Source: Solirubrobacterales bacterium
GTDB taxonomy: Bacteria; Actinomycetota; Thermoleophilia; Solirubrobacterales; 70-9
DNA: 49,490 nucleotides
Direction: 5' to 3'
Assembly: GCA_049796515.1 (NCBI GenBank)
Contig: JBAREU010000222.1
Location: 1-49,490 of the forward strand
Positions 42,454 to 49,490 of this stretch are shown here, piece after piece. The number at the start of each line of letters is the position of its first letter. The stretch's first letter is position 1. The notes beneath the pieces are model-generated. The model was not told where the DNA came from. It saw nothing but the letters and a program-made list of their open reading frames with translations, and ran no database searches. Made by a program: the position numbers and the translations under genes.

Positions 42454-43422
42454 ATGGGAGCGTCGCTCCCTAGGCTTCAGTCGATGCTGATCTGGCTGGC
42501 GGAGCGACCCGAGCGCGACGCTCTCGTGCTCCCCGATGGCGTCGAGGCTGTGCCGGTGCCGCAGCGTCCAGGCGACGATCCCGGCCTCGGGCGAGTCGAG
42601 GTCCTGGTGCCTCCCTACCGCAGCCGGAGGGTGCTCGATGCGCTGCCCGGCATGTCCGGATTGCGCCTCGTGCAGGCGCTCGAGTCCGGTGTCGAGTGGC
42701 TCCTCCCCCACGCTCCCGAGGGGGTCTCGGTCTGCAACTCGCGCGGCGCCCATGACGCCGCCGTCGCCGAGTGGGTGCTTGGCGTCGTCCTGGCGATGCA
42801 GCGACGGCTGCCCGATCACCTGCGAGCGCAGGGAGAGGCGCAGTGGCGGGATGTCGTCGCCAAGGGGACATGGCAACCGCCGTACGCCGGCGACCTCGAA
42901 GGCTCCACCCTGTTGATCGTCGGGTATGGCTCAATTGGGGTCGCGGTGGAGCGGCGTCTGGAGCCGTTCGACGTCAGCATCCTGCCGGTCGCGCGCAATG
43001 CCCGCCCCGGGGTGTACCCGGCCGGCGACCTGCCCAATCTCGTTCGAGAGGCCGACATCGTCCTCCTGCTGGTGCCGCTTAGCCCGGCGACCGAGGGTAT
43101 GTTCGGCGCCGAGCTGCTGAGCGCAATGAAGCCGGGCAGCCTGCTCGTCAACGCCGGTCGGGGACGACTCGTCGACCAGGAGGCCTTGACCGAAGCCTTA
43201 TATGAGGGACGCATCCGTGCCGCGCTCGACGTCACCGACCCCGAGCCTCTGCCCCCGGACAACAGGCTCTGGCGCGCGCCCAACCTATTGCTCACGCCGC
43301 ATATGGCGGGGGACACGCCGCGACGCTACCGGCGCTCCTGGGAATTCGTGGGGGATCAGGTCGAGCGCCTGCTCGCGGGAGAGCCGCTGATGAACGTCGT
43401 CCAGCGCCCCGCCGGCCCTTAG
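42454..43422 (+). CDS. D-isomer-specific 2-hydroxyacid dehydrogenase family protein
   Basis: NAD-binding IVGYGSIGVAV. Catalytic region LVNAGRGRLVDQEAL...ALDVTDPEPLP...LLTPHMAG. Confidence 0.85.
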   Translation: MGASLPRLQSMLIWLAERPERDALVLPDGVEAVPVPQRPGDDPGLGRVEVLVPPYRSRRVLDALPGMSGLRLVQALESGVEWLLPHAPEGVSVCNSRGAHDAAVAEWVLGVVLAMQRRLPDHLRAQGEAQWRDVVAKGTWQPPYAGDLEGSTLLIVGYGSIGVAVERRLEPFDVSILPVARNARPGVYPAGDLPNLVREADIVLLLVPLSPATEGMFGAELLSAMKPGSLLVNAGRGRLVDQEALTEALYEGRIRAALDVTDPEPLPPDNRLWRAPNLLLTPHMAGDTPRRYRRSWEFVGDQVERLLAGEPLMNVVQRPAGP

Positions 43423-44849
43423 CTCGTCGTCGCCGTCGTCCCGACCCGCCCCGCGGCGACGGCCGCCCGCAGGGACTCGTAGTCGCGTTCGCTCTGGTCG
43501 GCGTAGGTCTCGGCGAACTCGGCGATCGCCTGGTCGAAGACGTCGCTCTTGCCGAGGTAGGCGCCGATCGCGATCCGGTCGCCGCCGCGGGCATGGGCAT
43601 GCGCCAGGGTCATGCCGCAGATCTCGGCGTAGGCGGCGAGGCCGCGCGCGTCCATCGACTCGACTTCGACTGAGCCCTTCCAGTCCCAGAGCTGGCGCAC
43701 GTAGAAGTCGCGGTGGCGGCCGTCGAGCCCCTTGGCCCGCACCCAGCCGAGCATGATGTCGCTCGCCGCCTGCATCAGCCGCTGCCCGTGGACGACCCGC
43801 TCGCCCTGGTGCTCGAAGCGACTCGGCGCGGTGTAGGGCTCCAGCACCGAACGCTGCGCCTCCTTGACCTGGAGGAAGAGCGGATCGCTCCGATCGCGGC
43901 CGAGCATCAGCGCAATCCAGGCCCGCGTGCCGACACTGCCCACCCCGACGACCTTGAAGGCGGCGTCAACGAGGCGGTAGCCGTCGAGCACCGCGCGGCG
44001 CTCGAAGTCGAGCGAGTCGCGGTAGTCGGAGAGGACGGCGAGCACCAGCGCTTCGACGTCGACCCCTTCCGCCTCCTCCGCGGCCAGCTCGCCGATCGGC
44101 ACGATCAGCGGCGGGTCGCTGACGATGCGCAGCTTCCCGTCGACCTCCTCGACCAGCTTCGAGAAGGCGCGGGCGCTGTCCTTGGCCCGCGCCTTCGCCA
44201 CCCCGCGCTCGAAGGCCCGCCGCTGCTTCTCCCCCACCGCCCCCGCCCAGCGCTCGGCGATCGACTCCGCATCGAGTTGCTGGTACCAGGATTCGAGGTT
44301 GCCCATCGCGGCCAGCCGCCGCATCGTCTCGCGGTATTCGCGCGCCGCAGCCACGACGATTCGACGCCGTTCGCGCCGGTCGCAGCCGCGATCGCGGCCG
44401 GCCAGGGAGAAGCTGGAGACGAGCCGCTTCACGTCCCACTCCCAGGGACCCGGCAAGGTCTCGTCGAAGTCGTTGAGGTCGAAGACGAGCCGCCGCTCGG
44501 GCGAGGCGAAGGCACCGAAGTTGGAGAGGTGCGCGTCGCCGCAGAGCTGCGTCTCGAAGCCCGACCGGGGCGTGCCGGCGAGGTCGGCCGCCATCACCGC
44601 CGCGGCGCCGCGGTAGAAGGCGAAGGGCGAGGCCAGCATGCGGTCGTAGCGCAGCGGCACGAGCTGCCCCACGCGCGAGGCGGCCTGCCGCTCGAGCAGG
44701 TCGATCGGTTGCGGCCGGTCGCCGGCCGGCTCCCACTCGGCATGGGAGGAGCGCGGCGCGGTGGAGCGTGCTTCCCTGCCGGCGGCGGCGCGCTCGTCGG
44801 GCGATCCGGGGTGGCGTTGGATCGAGTCGGTCATCGGCTCAAGCGACAA
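43419..44849 (-). CDS. DUF2252 domain protein
   Basis: [16 protein letters not shown]...[43 protein letters not shown] is characteristic of DUF2252. Confidence 0.75.
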   Translation of the reverse strand: MSLEPMTDSIQRHPGSPDERAAAGREARSTAPRSSHAEWEPAGDRPQPIDLLERQAASRVGQLVPLRYDRMLASPFAFYRGAAAVMAADLAGTPRSGFETQLCGDAHLSNFGAFASPERRLVFDLNDFDETLPGPWEWDVKRLVSSFSLAGRDRGCDRRERRRIVVAAAREYRETMRRLAAMGNLESWYQQLDAESIAERWAGAVGEKQRRAFERGVAKARAKDSARAFSKLVEEVDGKLRIVSDPPLIVPIGELAAEEAEGVDVEALVLAVLSDYRDSLDFERRAVLDGYRLVDAAFKVVGVGSVGTRAWIALMLGRDRSDPLFLQVKEAQRSVLEPYTAPSRFEHQGERVVHGQRLMQAASDIMLGWVRAKGLDGRHRDFYVRQLWDWKGSVEVESMDARGLAAYAEICGMTLAHAHARGGDRIAIGAYLGKSDVFDQAIAEFAETYADQSERDYESLRAAVAAGRVGTTATTS

Positions 44850-44911
44850 CGCTAGCGTGGACCGCTGCCAGGCCGCGCTATAGGTTTGGCCCCGATGCCG
44901 GGAAGGGACCG

Positions 44912-45328
44912 ATGAGGGCGCTGGTGCAACGGGTCAGCCAGGCGGCGGTAGACGTCGAGAGCGAGCGGGTGGCGCAGATCGGCCCCGGCATGCTGGTCCT
45001 GCTCGGGGTCGGCCGCGAGGACGGGGCCGAGCAGGCGGACCGGCTGGCGTCGAAGGTGCGGGCGCTGCGCATATTCGACGATGCCGAGGGCCGCATGAAC
45101 GAGCCGCTCGGCAAGCGCGAGGTGCTCTGCGTCAGCCAGTTCACCCTCTACGGCGACGCCCGCAAGGGCAACCGGCCCAGCTACGTCGCGGCGGCGGCGG
45201 GCGAGCAGGCCGAGCCGCTGTATGACCGCTTCTGCGAGCGCCTCGGCGCGAAGAAGGGAGTTTTCGGTGCCTGCATGGGCGTTGCCCTGGTCAACGACGG
45301 ACCGGTGACCCTGCTGGTCGAGGTCTGA
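44912..45328 (+). CDS. dtd: D-aminoacyl-tRNA deacylase
   Basis: [15 protein letters not shown]...[13 protein letters not shown]...LRIFDD..GRMN...[21 protein letters not shown]. The internal ATG 44912 is used. Confidence 0.9.
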   Translation: MRALVQRVSQAAVDVESERVAQIGPGMLVLLGVGREDGAEQADRLASKVRALRIFDDAEGRMNEPLGKREVLCVSQFTLYGDARKGNRPSYVAAAAGEQAEPLYDRFCERLGAKKGVFGACMGVALVNDGPVTLLVEV

Positions 45329-45351
45329 GCCTCGCTGGGATACTGCGCGCC

Positions 45352-46179
45352 ATGGAGCAAGTCGCCGAACGCAGCGATTCGATCGAGATCGACGGACGGC
45401 GGCTGGCCTGGCGATCTGTCGGCGAAGGCCCGCCGCTGGTGCTGATCACCGGCTACTCGGGCGCCGCGGCAGGCTGGGACCCGCAGTTCCTCGCGGCGCT
45501 GGGGCAATCGTTCGAGGTGATCTGTCCCGACAATCGCGGCATCGGCGACTCCGAGCTAGGTGAGCTGGATGAGCCGCTGACGATCGACGCGATGGCAGCC
45601 GACGTTGAGGCTCTGCTCGACGCGCTGGAGATCGACCGGTTGCCTGTGGCCGGCTGGTCGATGGGCGGCTTCATCGCCCAGGCGCTGGCGGCACGGGCTC
45701 CAGGCCGCGTCGAGGCGCTCGTCTTGCTCGCCACCAACCCGGGCGGCTCGGCGTCCGTCCCGTCGGATCCGGACGCCTTCGCGCGGCTCATCGACCACTC
45801 GGGCTCGCCGCGCAAGCAGGCAACGCGGTTGATCGCACTGCTCTTCCCGCCCGACGTGGCACCCGAGATGGACCGGCAGATCGGCGACGTCGTGGCCGCG
45901 GACCGAGCAGAGCTGTCGCCGGCTGCACTGCAGGCCCAGCAGGCGGCGATCGGCGCCTGGGGCGGAGTCGATCCGACCCGTCTCGAAAAGGTCTCTCAAT
46001 TGCCCGTCCTCGCCGTCTGCGGAAGCGAGGACATCGTCATCGCGCCCGCGAACACCGACCGACTGGCCCTGCGTTGGCCGAACTGCCGGGTCGAACGCTT
46101 CGATGGTTGCGGGCACGCCTTCATGGCCCAGGAGCCCGAGCAGCTCGCCGGCCTGATCGCCTCCTTCCTCGGCGAATGA
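45352..46179 (+). CDS. Alpha/beta-fold hydrolase
   Basis: Nucleophile elbow GWSMGG and a C-terminal GCGHAFMAQEP histidine region. Confidence 0.8.
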   Translation: MEQVAERSDSIEIDGRRLAWRSVGEGPPLVLITGYSGAAAGWDPQFLAALGQSFEVICPDNRGIGDSELGELDEPLTIDAMAADVEALLDALEIDRLPVAGWSMGGFIAQALAARAPGRVEALVLLATNPGGSASVPSDPDAFARLIDHSGSPRKQATRLIALLFPPDVAPEMDRQIGDVVAADRAELSPAALQAQQAAIGAWGGVDPTRLEKVSQLPVLAVCGSEDIVIAPANTDRLALRWPNCRVERFDGCGHAFMAQEPEQLAGLIASFLGE

Positions 46180-46694
46180 GTCGGGGCGAGCAGGCGATAG
46201 CGCTGCGCTACGCCGACAGCGTCGAGGAGCTCGACGCGGTCGAGCCGCTGTGGAACGCCCTGCAGGAGCACCACGCGCGGATCACGCCGGAGCTGGATCC
46301 GCAGACGCCGAAGCGGGAGCTCGGCGAGGCTTGGCGGGTGCGTCGCTCCAAGTACGTCCGCTGGCTCGAGGACCCGGAGACCTTCTTCGTCATCGCCCAG
46401 GACACCGACGGTCCGGTCGGCTACGCCTTCGTCACCGTCGGCCCCGGCTATGCCTCATGGCAGACCGGCGAGCGTGCGGGCGAGCTGGAGACCCTCTCGG
46501 TGCTGCCCGACCACCGCGGCACCGGCGTGGGTGCCGCCCTGATCGAGGCGGCCTGGGATCGCCTTGCCGAGTTGGGCGTCGACGACATGGCGATCACCAC
46601 CACGACGACCAATTTCGACGCCCACCGTTTCTACGAGCGCCAGGGCTTCAACCAGATCTTCGTTGTCTACCACGGCAAGCGCCCGCGCCAGTAG
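46176..46694 (+). CDS. GNAT-family N-acetyltransferase
   Basis: ATG 46176 overlaps the upstream stop (ATGA). The acetyl-CoA motif RGTGVGAALIEAAWDRLAELG...AHRFYERQGF is present. Confidence 0.8.
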   Translation: MSRGEQAIALRYADSVEELDAVEPLWNALQEHHARITPELDPQTPKRELGEAWRVRRSKYVRWLEDPETFFVIAQDTDGPVGYAFVTVGPGYASWQTGERAGELETLSVLPDHRGTGVGAALIEAAWDRLAELGVDDMAITTTTTNFDAHRFYERQGFNQIFVVYHGKRPRQ

Positions 46695-46721
46695 AGCCGG
46701 CCACGGCCACCCGCGGAGGCG

Positions 46722-47357
46722 CTAGGCGCTTTGGCCCAGCGCCTCGTCGATGAAGGGGCCGAGGAGCTCGCCGGTGTGGGCGGCGGTGGCCTCGGGTGAG
46801 TCGCCGGGGGCGGTGACGTGGCTGATCGCCAGGCGGACGAGGGCCTCGGCCAGGAGGCGTGCTTTCCGCGGTGGGGCCTGCGGCCAGCCCTGCTCGATCG
46901 TCGCCGTCAGGCGGGCGGTCGCCCACTGGACGACCGGCATGCCCTGGGTGGTGACGAAGGGCAACAGGCCGGCGCTGCCGTCGTCGCTGAGCAGGATGCG
47001 GACCAGAGGGTCCTTGCCGGCGGTGCGCAGGAAGGTCTCGAGGGCGGCGCCTACGGCGGCGCGCGGGTCGTCGAGGTGGGCGCGCACCGCGGTGTCGACC
47101 GCGTCGAGGAAGCGTTCCCCCTCGTGGATGACCAGCGCCTGGGCGAACTCGTCGCGGCTGCCGAACTCCTTGTAGAGGGTCTGGCGGCTGACGCCCGCCG
47201 CGGCGGCGATCTCGGCCATCGTGATCTCCGACCAGGCGCGCTGCTGCACCTCGTCGCGGGCCGCGGCAAAAAGGGTCTCGCGCAACAGCTGCCGCGCCGC
47301 CTGGGGATAGGGAGTCCGCGCCTCCACGGCGCCAATCGTCGCAGTAGAGGCGGTCAC
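46722..47357 (-). CDS. TetR-family transcriptional regulator (alkB-linked)
   Basis: HTH ITMAEIAAAAGVSRQTLYKEFGSRDE. GTG 47357 overlaps the rubredoxin stop (GTGA). Confidence 0.8.
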   Translation of the reverse strand: MTASTATIGAVEARTPYPQAARQLLRETLFAAARDEVQQRAWSEITMAEIAAAAGVSRQTLYKEFGSRDEFAQALVIHEGERFLDAVDTAVRAHLDDPRAAVGAALETFLRTAGKDPLVRILLSDDGSAGLLPFVTTQGMPVVQWATARLTATIEQGWPQAPPRKARLLAEALVRLAISHVTAPGDSPEATAAHTGELLGPFIDEALGQSA

Positions 47358-47530
47358 GCGTCTCCCTCGTCGACCGGCTCGAAGTCGACCTTGTCGCGCA
47401 CGCCGCAGTCGGGGCAGTGCCACTCGTCCGGGACCTCGCTCCACGGCGTCCCCGGCGGAAAGCCCTCGCGCGGGTGGCCGGCGTCCTCGTCGTAGACGTA
47501 GCCGCAGCCGGGGCAGCGGAAGGCGCTCAC
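47354..47530 (-). CDS. Rubredoxin
   Basis: 58 codons: VSAFRCPGCGYVYDEDAGHPREGFPPGTPWSEVPDEWHCPDCGV, with two CxxCG knuckles. It is hidden at the C-terminal end of a spurious 369-aa ORF. The GTG start overlaps the alkB stop (GTGA). Confidence 0.85.
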   Translation of the reverse strand: MSAFRCPGCGYVYDEDAGHPREGFPPGTPWSEVPDEWHCPDCGVRDKVDFEPVDEGDA

Positions 47531-48726
47531 GACGCCGCCGTCCCGTAGCGGGCGAGCACGCGGCGGCGCGCTCGCGGCTCGATGTTGGCGCGGCTGAGGT
47601 CGCCGCCGTAGTGGTCGAGCAGGCGCCGGTCCATCACCCGGCGCCAGATCGGCGGGAACCAGGCGAGCAGGATCATCCCCGCGTAGCCGGTCGGCAGCTG
47701 CGGCGCCTCGTCGACATGGCGCAGCGCCTGGTAGCGGCGGGTCGGGTTGGCGTGGTGGTCGCTGTGGCGCTGCAGGTGGTAGAGCAGAACGTTGGAGGCG
47801 ACGTTGTTGCTGTTCCAGCTGTGCTGGGGGAGGCAGCGTTCGTAGCGGCCGCCCTCCTTCTTCTGCCGCATGAGGCCGTAATGCTCCAGGTAGTTGACGA
47901 CCTCGAGCAGGGAGAAGCCGAGCACGGCCTGCAGCAGCAGGTAGGGCAGGACCACGGGGCCGAAGACGACCGCGAGTAGGGCGAAGAGCCCGACCGTCAT
48001 CGCCCAGGCCTGGAGGATGTCGTTGTGGATCGACCAGACCGAGTGGCCGCCGCGCTCGAGCCGTGCCCGCTCGAGCCCCCAGGCCGAGCTGAGGCTGCCC
48101 CAGACGGTGCGCGGCAGGAAGGCCCAGAAGCTCTCCCCCAGACGGGCGCTGGCCGGGTCCTCGGGGGTGGCTACGCGGACGTGGTGGCCGCGGTTGTGCT
48201 CGATGAAGAAGTGGCCGTAACCACTCTGCGCGAGGGCGACCTTGCTCAACCACTTCTCCAGGTCGGCGCGCTTGTGGCCGAGCTCGTGCGCGGTGTTGAT
48301 CGCGATGCCGCTGACCATCGCCATCGTCAGCGCCAGGCCGATGCTGTCGACGGTCGAGAGGCCGCCGTCTGCCCAGAGCCAACAGGCGAAGACGAGCCCC
48401 GCATACTGGACCGGGATGAAGACGTAGGTGCACCAGCGGTAGTAGCGGTCCTGTTCGAGCCACTTGATGATGCTGTCGGGCGGGTTCTCGGCGTCTACCC
48501 CCACGAGGACGTCGAGCAGGGGGAAGATGACGAAGACGAGGAAGGGCCCGTAGAACCAGAAGACACCGAGGCCGGTCAGGGTCACAAGGCCCCAGGCGAT
48601 GAACGGCAACAGCGGCACGATCAATCCCAGCAGCCAGGCGTAGCGCTTCGGGTCGGTCCAGGTGGCGGGATTCAGATCGACGTCGGCTGCATGGTGATGT
48701 TCGTGAGCGGTTGCCTCCACGGGCAT
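47527..48726 (-). CDS. alkB: Alkane 1-monooxygenase (membrane fatty-acid-desaturase-type)
   Basis: Histidine boxes HELGHK, EHNRGHH and LQRHSDHHA, plus an N-terminal TM bundle. AAGGAGG abuts ATG 48726, so GTG 48720 may be the real start. Confidence 0.9.
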   Translation of the reverse strand: MPVEATAHEHHHAADVDLNPATWTDPKRYAWLLGLIVPLLPFIAWGLVTLTGLGVFWFYGPFLVFVIFPLLDVLVGVDAENPPDSIIKWLEQDRYYRWCTYVFIPVQYAGLVFACWLWADGGLSTVDSIGLALTMAMVSGIAINTAHELGHKRADLEKWLSKVALAQSGYGHFFIEHNRGHHVRVATPEDPASARLGESFWAFLPRTVWGSLSSAWGLERARLERGGHSVWSIHNDILQAWAMTVGLFALLAVVFGPVVLPYLLLQAVLGFSLLEVVNYLEHYGLMRQKKEGGRYERCLPQHSWNSNNVASNVLLYHLQRHSDHHANPTRRYQALRHVDEAPQLPTGYAGMILLAWFPPIWRRVMDRRLLDHYGGDLSRANIEPRARRRVLARYGTAAS

Positions 48727-48761
48727 CCTCCTTGTCAGATCGCTAGAGATCGTCTGCGTAG

Positions 48762-48786
48762 TTGACAGATTAGCCTAATTTGTCAA
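48762..48786. promoter_or_regulatory. AT-rich inverted repeat TTGACA-N13-TGTCAA in the alkB/secG divergent intergenic region (candidate TetR operator and/or -35 elements)
   Basis: Read directly: TTGACAGATTAGCCTAATTTGTCAA. This is the only AT-rich stretch between alkB and secG. Confidence 0.4.
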
Positions 48787-48853
48787 TTAGTGCAACACTC
48801 GCCCTCGTTCTGTCCACGACCACCTCCGCCTCAGGACCGCTACCATCTGCCCC

Positions 48854-49078
48854 GTGTACACGTTCTTGGCATTGGTCCAGGTCATCATCGCCTGCATCGT
48901 GATCTTCCTCGTGCTCCTGCACTCGGGCAAAGACGCGGGTCTCTCCGGCGCCTTCGGCATCGGCGGCGGCGGTAGCTCCTTCGGCGGCGGCTCGATGGTC
49001 GAGCGCAACCTGGACCGGGCGACGATCTTCTTCTCGATCCTCTTCGTCATCAACACCCTGGTGCTGCTGAAGATCTAG
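48854..49078 (+). CDS. secG: Preprotein translocase subunit SecG
   Basis: 74 aa, two TM helices flanking a Gly-rich loop: LLHSGKDAGLSGAFGIGGGGSSFGGGS. Confidence 0.85.
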   Translation: MYTFLALVQVIIACIVIFLVLLHSGKDAGLSGAFGIGGGGSSFGGGSMVERNLDRATIFFSILFVINTLVLLKI

Positions 49079-49490
49079 ACGGACTCGGTGGGCCGCGACG
49101 CGGCTGCGCCGTTGCCGCTGGCGCGGTCGAGTATCTCGACCGCCTCCTTGCGTAGCTCGGCATCGAGCAGCGCGAAGTCCTCATCGGAGAGCTTGCCCGC
49201 CGCGTGGTCGAGCTCGGCGTCGCGGATCTCTCGGTACTTGGCTTCCTTCAGCGCCTCCAGCTCGGTGTCGGCCGCCGGGCGGCGGCGGGCGGAGCGGGAC
49301 GGCCAGAGCGCGATCAGCGCCCCGGTCAGGGCGATCAGCGCACCGAGCCAGATCCAAGTGACGAGCGGGTCGACGATGACCCTGAAGGTCGCCGTCCCGG
49401 CGTCGTCCAGGTAGCTCCGTGCCAGCCGCTCCGCGGTCGCCGCCTGCAGGCTCTCGATCTGGGCCAGGGCTGCGGGGCGCAGGCGCGGGT
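49075..49490 (-). CDS. Membrane protein, 3' part only (5' end outside window); CcmF-C-terminal-like helix plus charged tail
   Basis: The minus-strand translation is ...FRVIVDPLVTWIWLGALIALTGALIALWPSRSARRRP...ELEALKEAKYREIRDAELDHAAGKLSDEDFALLDAELRKEAVEILD...TESV-stop. Its stop overlaps the secG stop. The product assignment is weak. Confidence 0.45.
   Translation of the reverse strand, partial: PRLRPAALAQIESLQAATAERLARSYLDDAGTATFRVIVDPLVTWIWLGALIALTGALIALWPSRSARRRPAADTELEALKEAKYREIRDAELDHAAGKLSDEDFALLDAELRKEAVEILDRASGNGAAASRPTESV

Noticed and set aside
49088-49414. 108-aa + strand ORF downstream of secG
   Set aside because: The translation is Ser/Ala-rich and low-complexity. The opposite strand encodes a convincing TM helix plus charged tail that runs off the window end.
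1-49490. CRISPR arrays, rRNA genes, tmRNA
   Set aside because: No regularly spaced direct repeats and no rRNA or tmRNA signature sequences were seen on either strand.

Overview
High-G+C, actinobacterial-type chromosomal window. Core genes sit at both ends. The left end (2-9722) has a YyaL-like protein, an MMPL transporter, glnA, a CMD-family protein, a c-di-AMP riboswitch upstream of an RlpA-like wall protein, RNase P RNA, an SDR, lexA with its SOS box, and tRNA-Leu(GAG). The right end (about 42.4-49.5 kb) has a 2-hydroxyacid dehydrogenase, DUF2252, dtd, a hydrolase, a GNAT, a tetR-rubredoxin-alkB cluster, secG and a partial membrane protein. Between them lie about 29 kb of accessory DNA inserted at the 3' half of tRNA-Leu(GAG). 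Two related tyrosine-integrase islands sit in tandem, bounded by a perfect 76-bp direct repeat (9669-9744 and 22828-22903). A degenerate segment follows, ending at a third, diverged 3' tRNA-Leu half (38577-38629). Island 1 carries a DUF4365-helical-repeat giant protein, a Toprim-like protein, a DUF3800 and AlbA_2/Schlafen pair, a pentapeptide-repeat protein, a GIY-YIG-like protein, an excisionase-like HTH and a TumE-like/DUF2384 pair. Island 2 carries VapBC and the most interesting locus in the window. This is a six-gene minus-strand operon (25175-31623): SF1/Upf1-like helicase, in-frame PIN-like ORF, two ThsB-type TIR-like proteins, a larger TIR protein and a stand-alone SLOG-like protein. 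I read it as a Thoeris-like system with a non-canonical architecture, because no effector is fused to the SLOG sensor. Just outside the last att remnant lie a 680-aa SIR2-domain protein and a tandem-duplicated wHTH protein. All domain calls rest on motif recognition by eye, with no database search. Many long alternative-frame ORFs in the supplied track are high-G+C artefacts.
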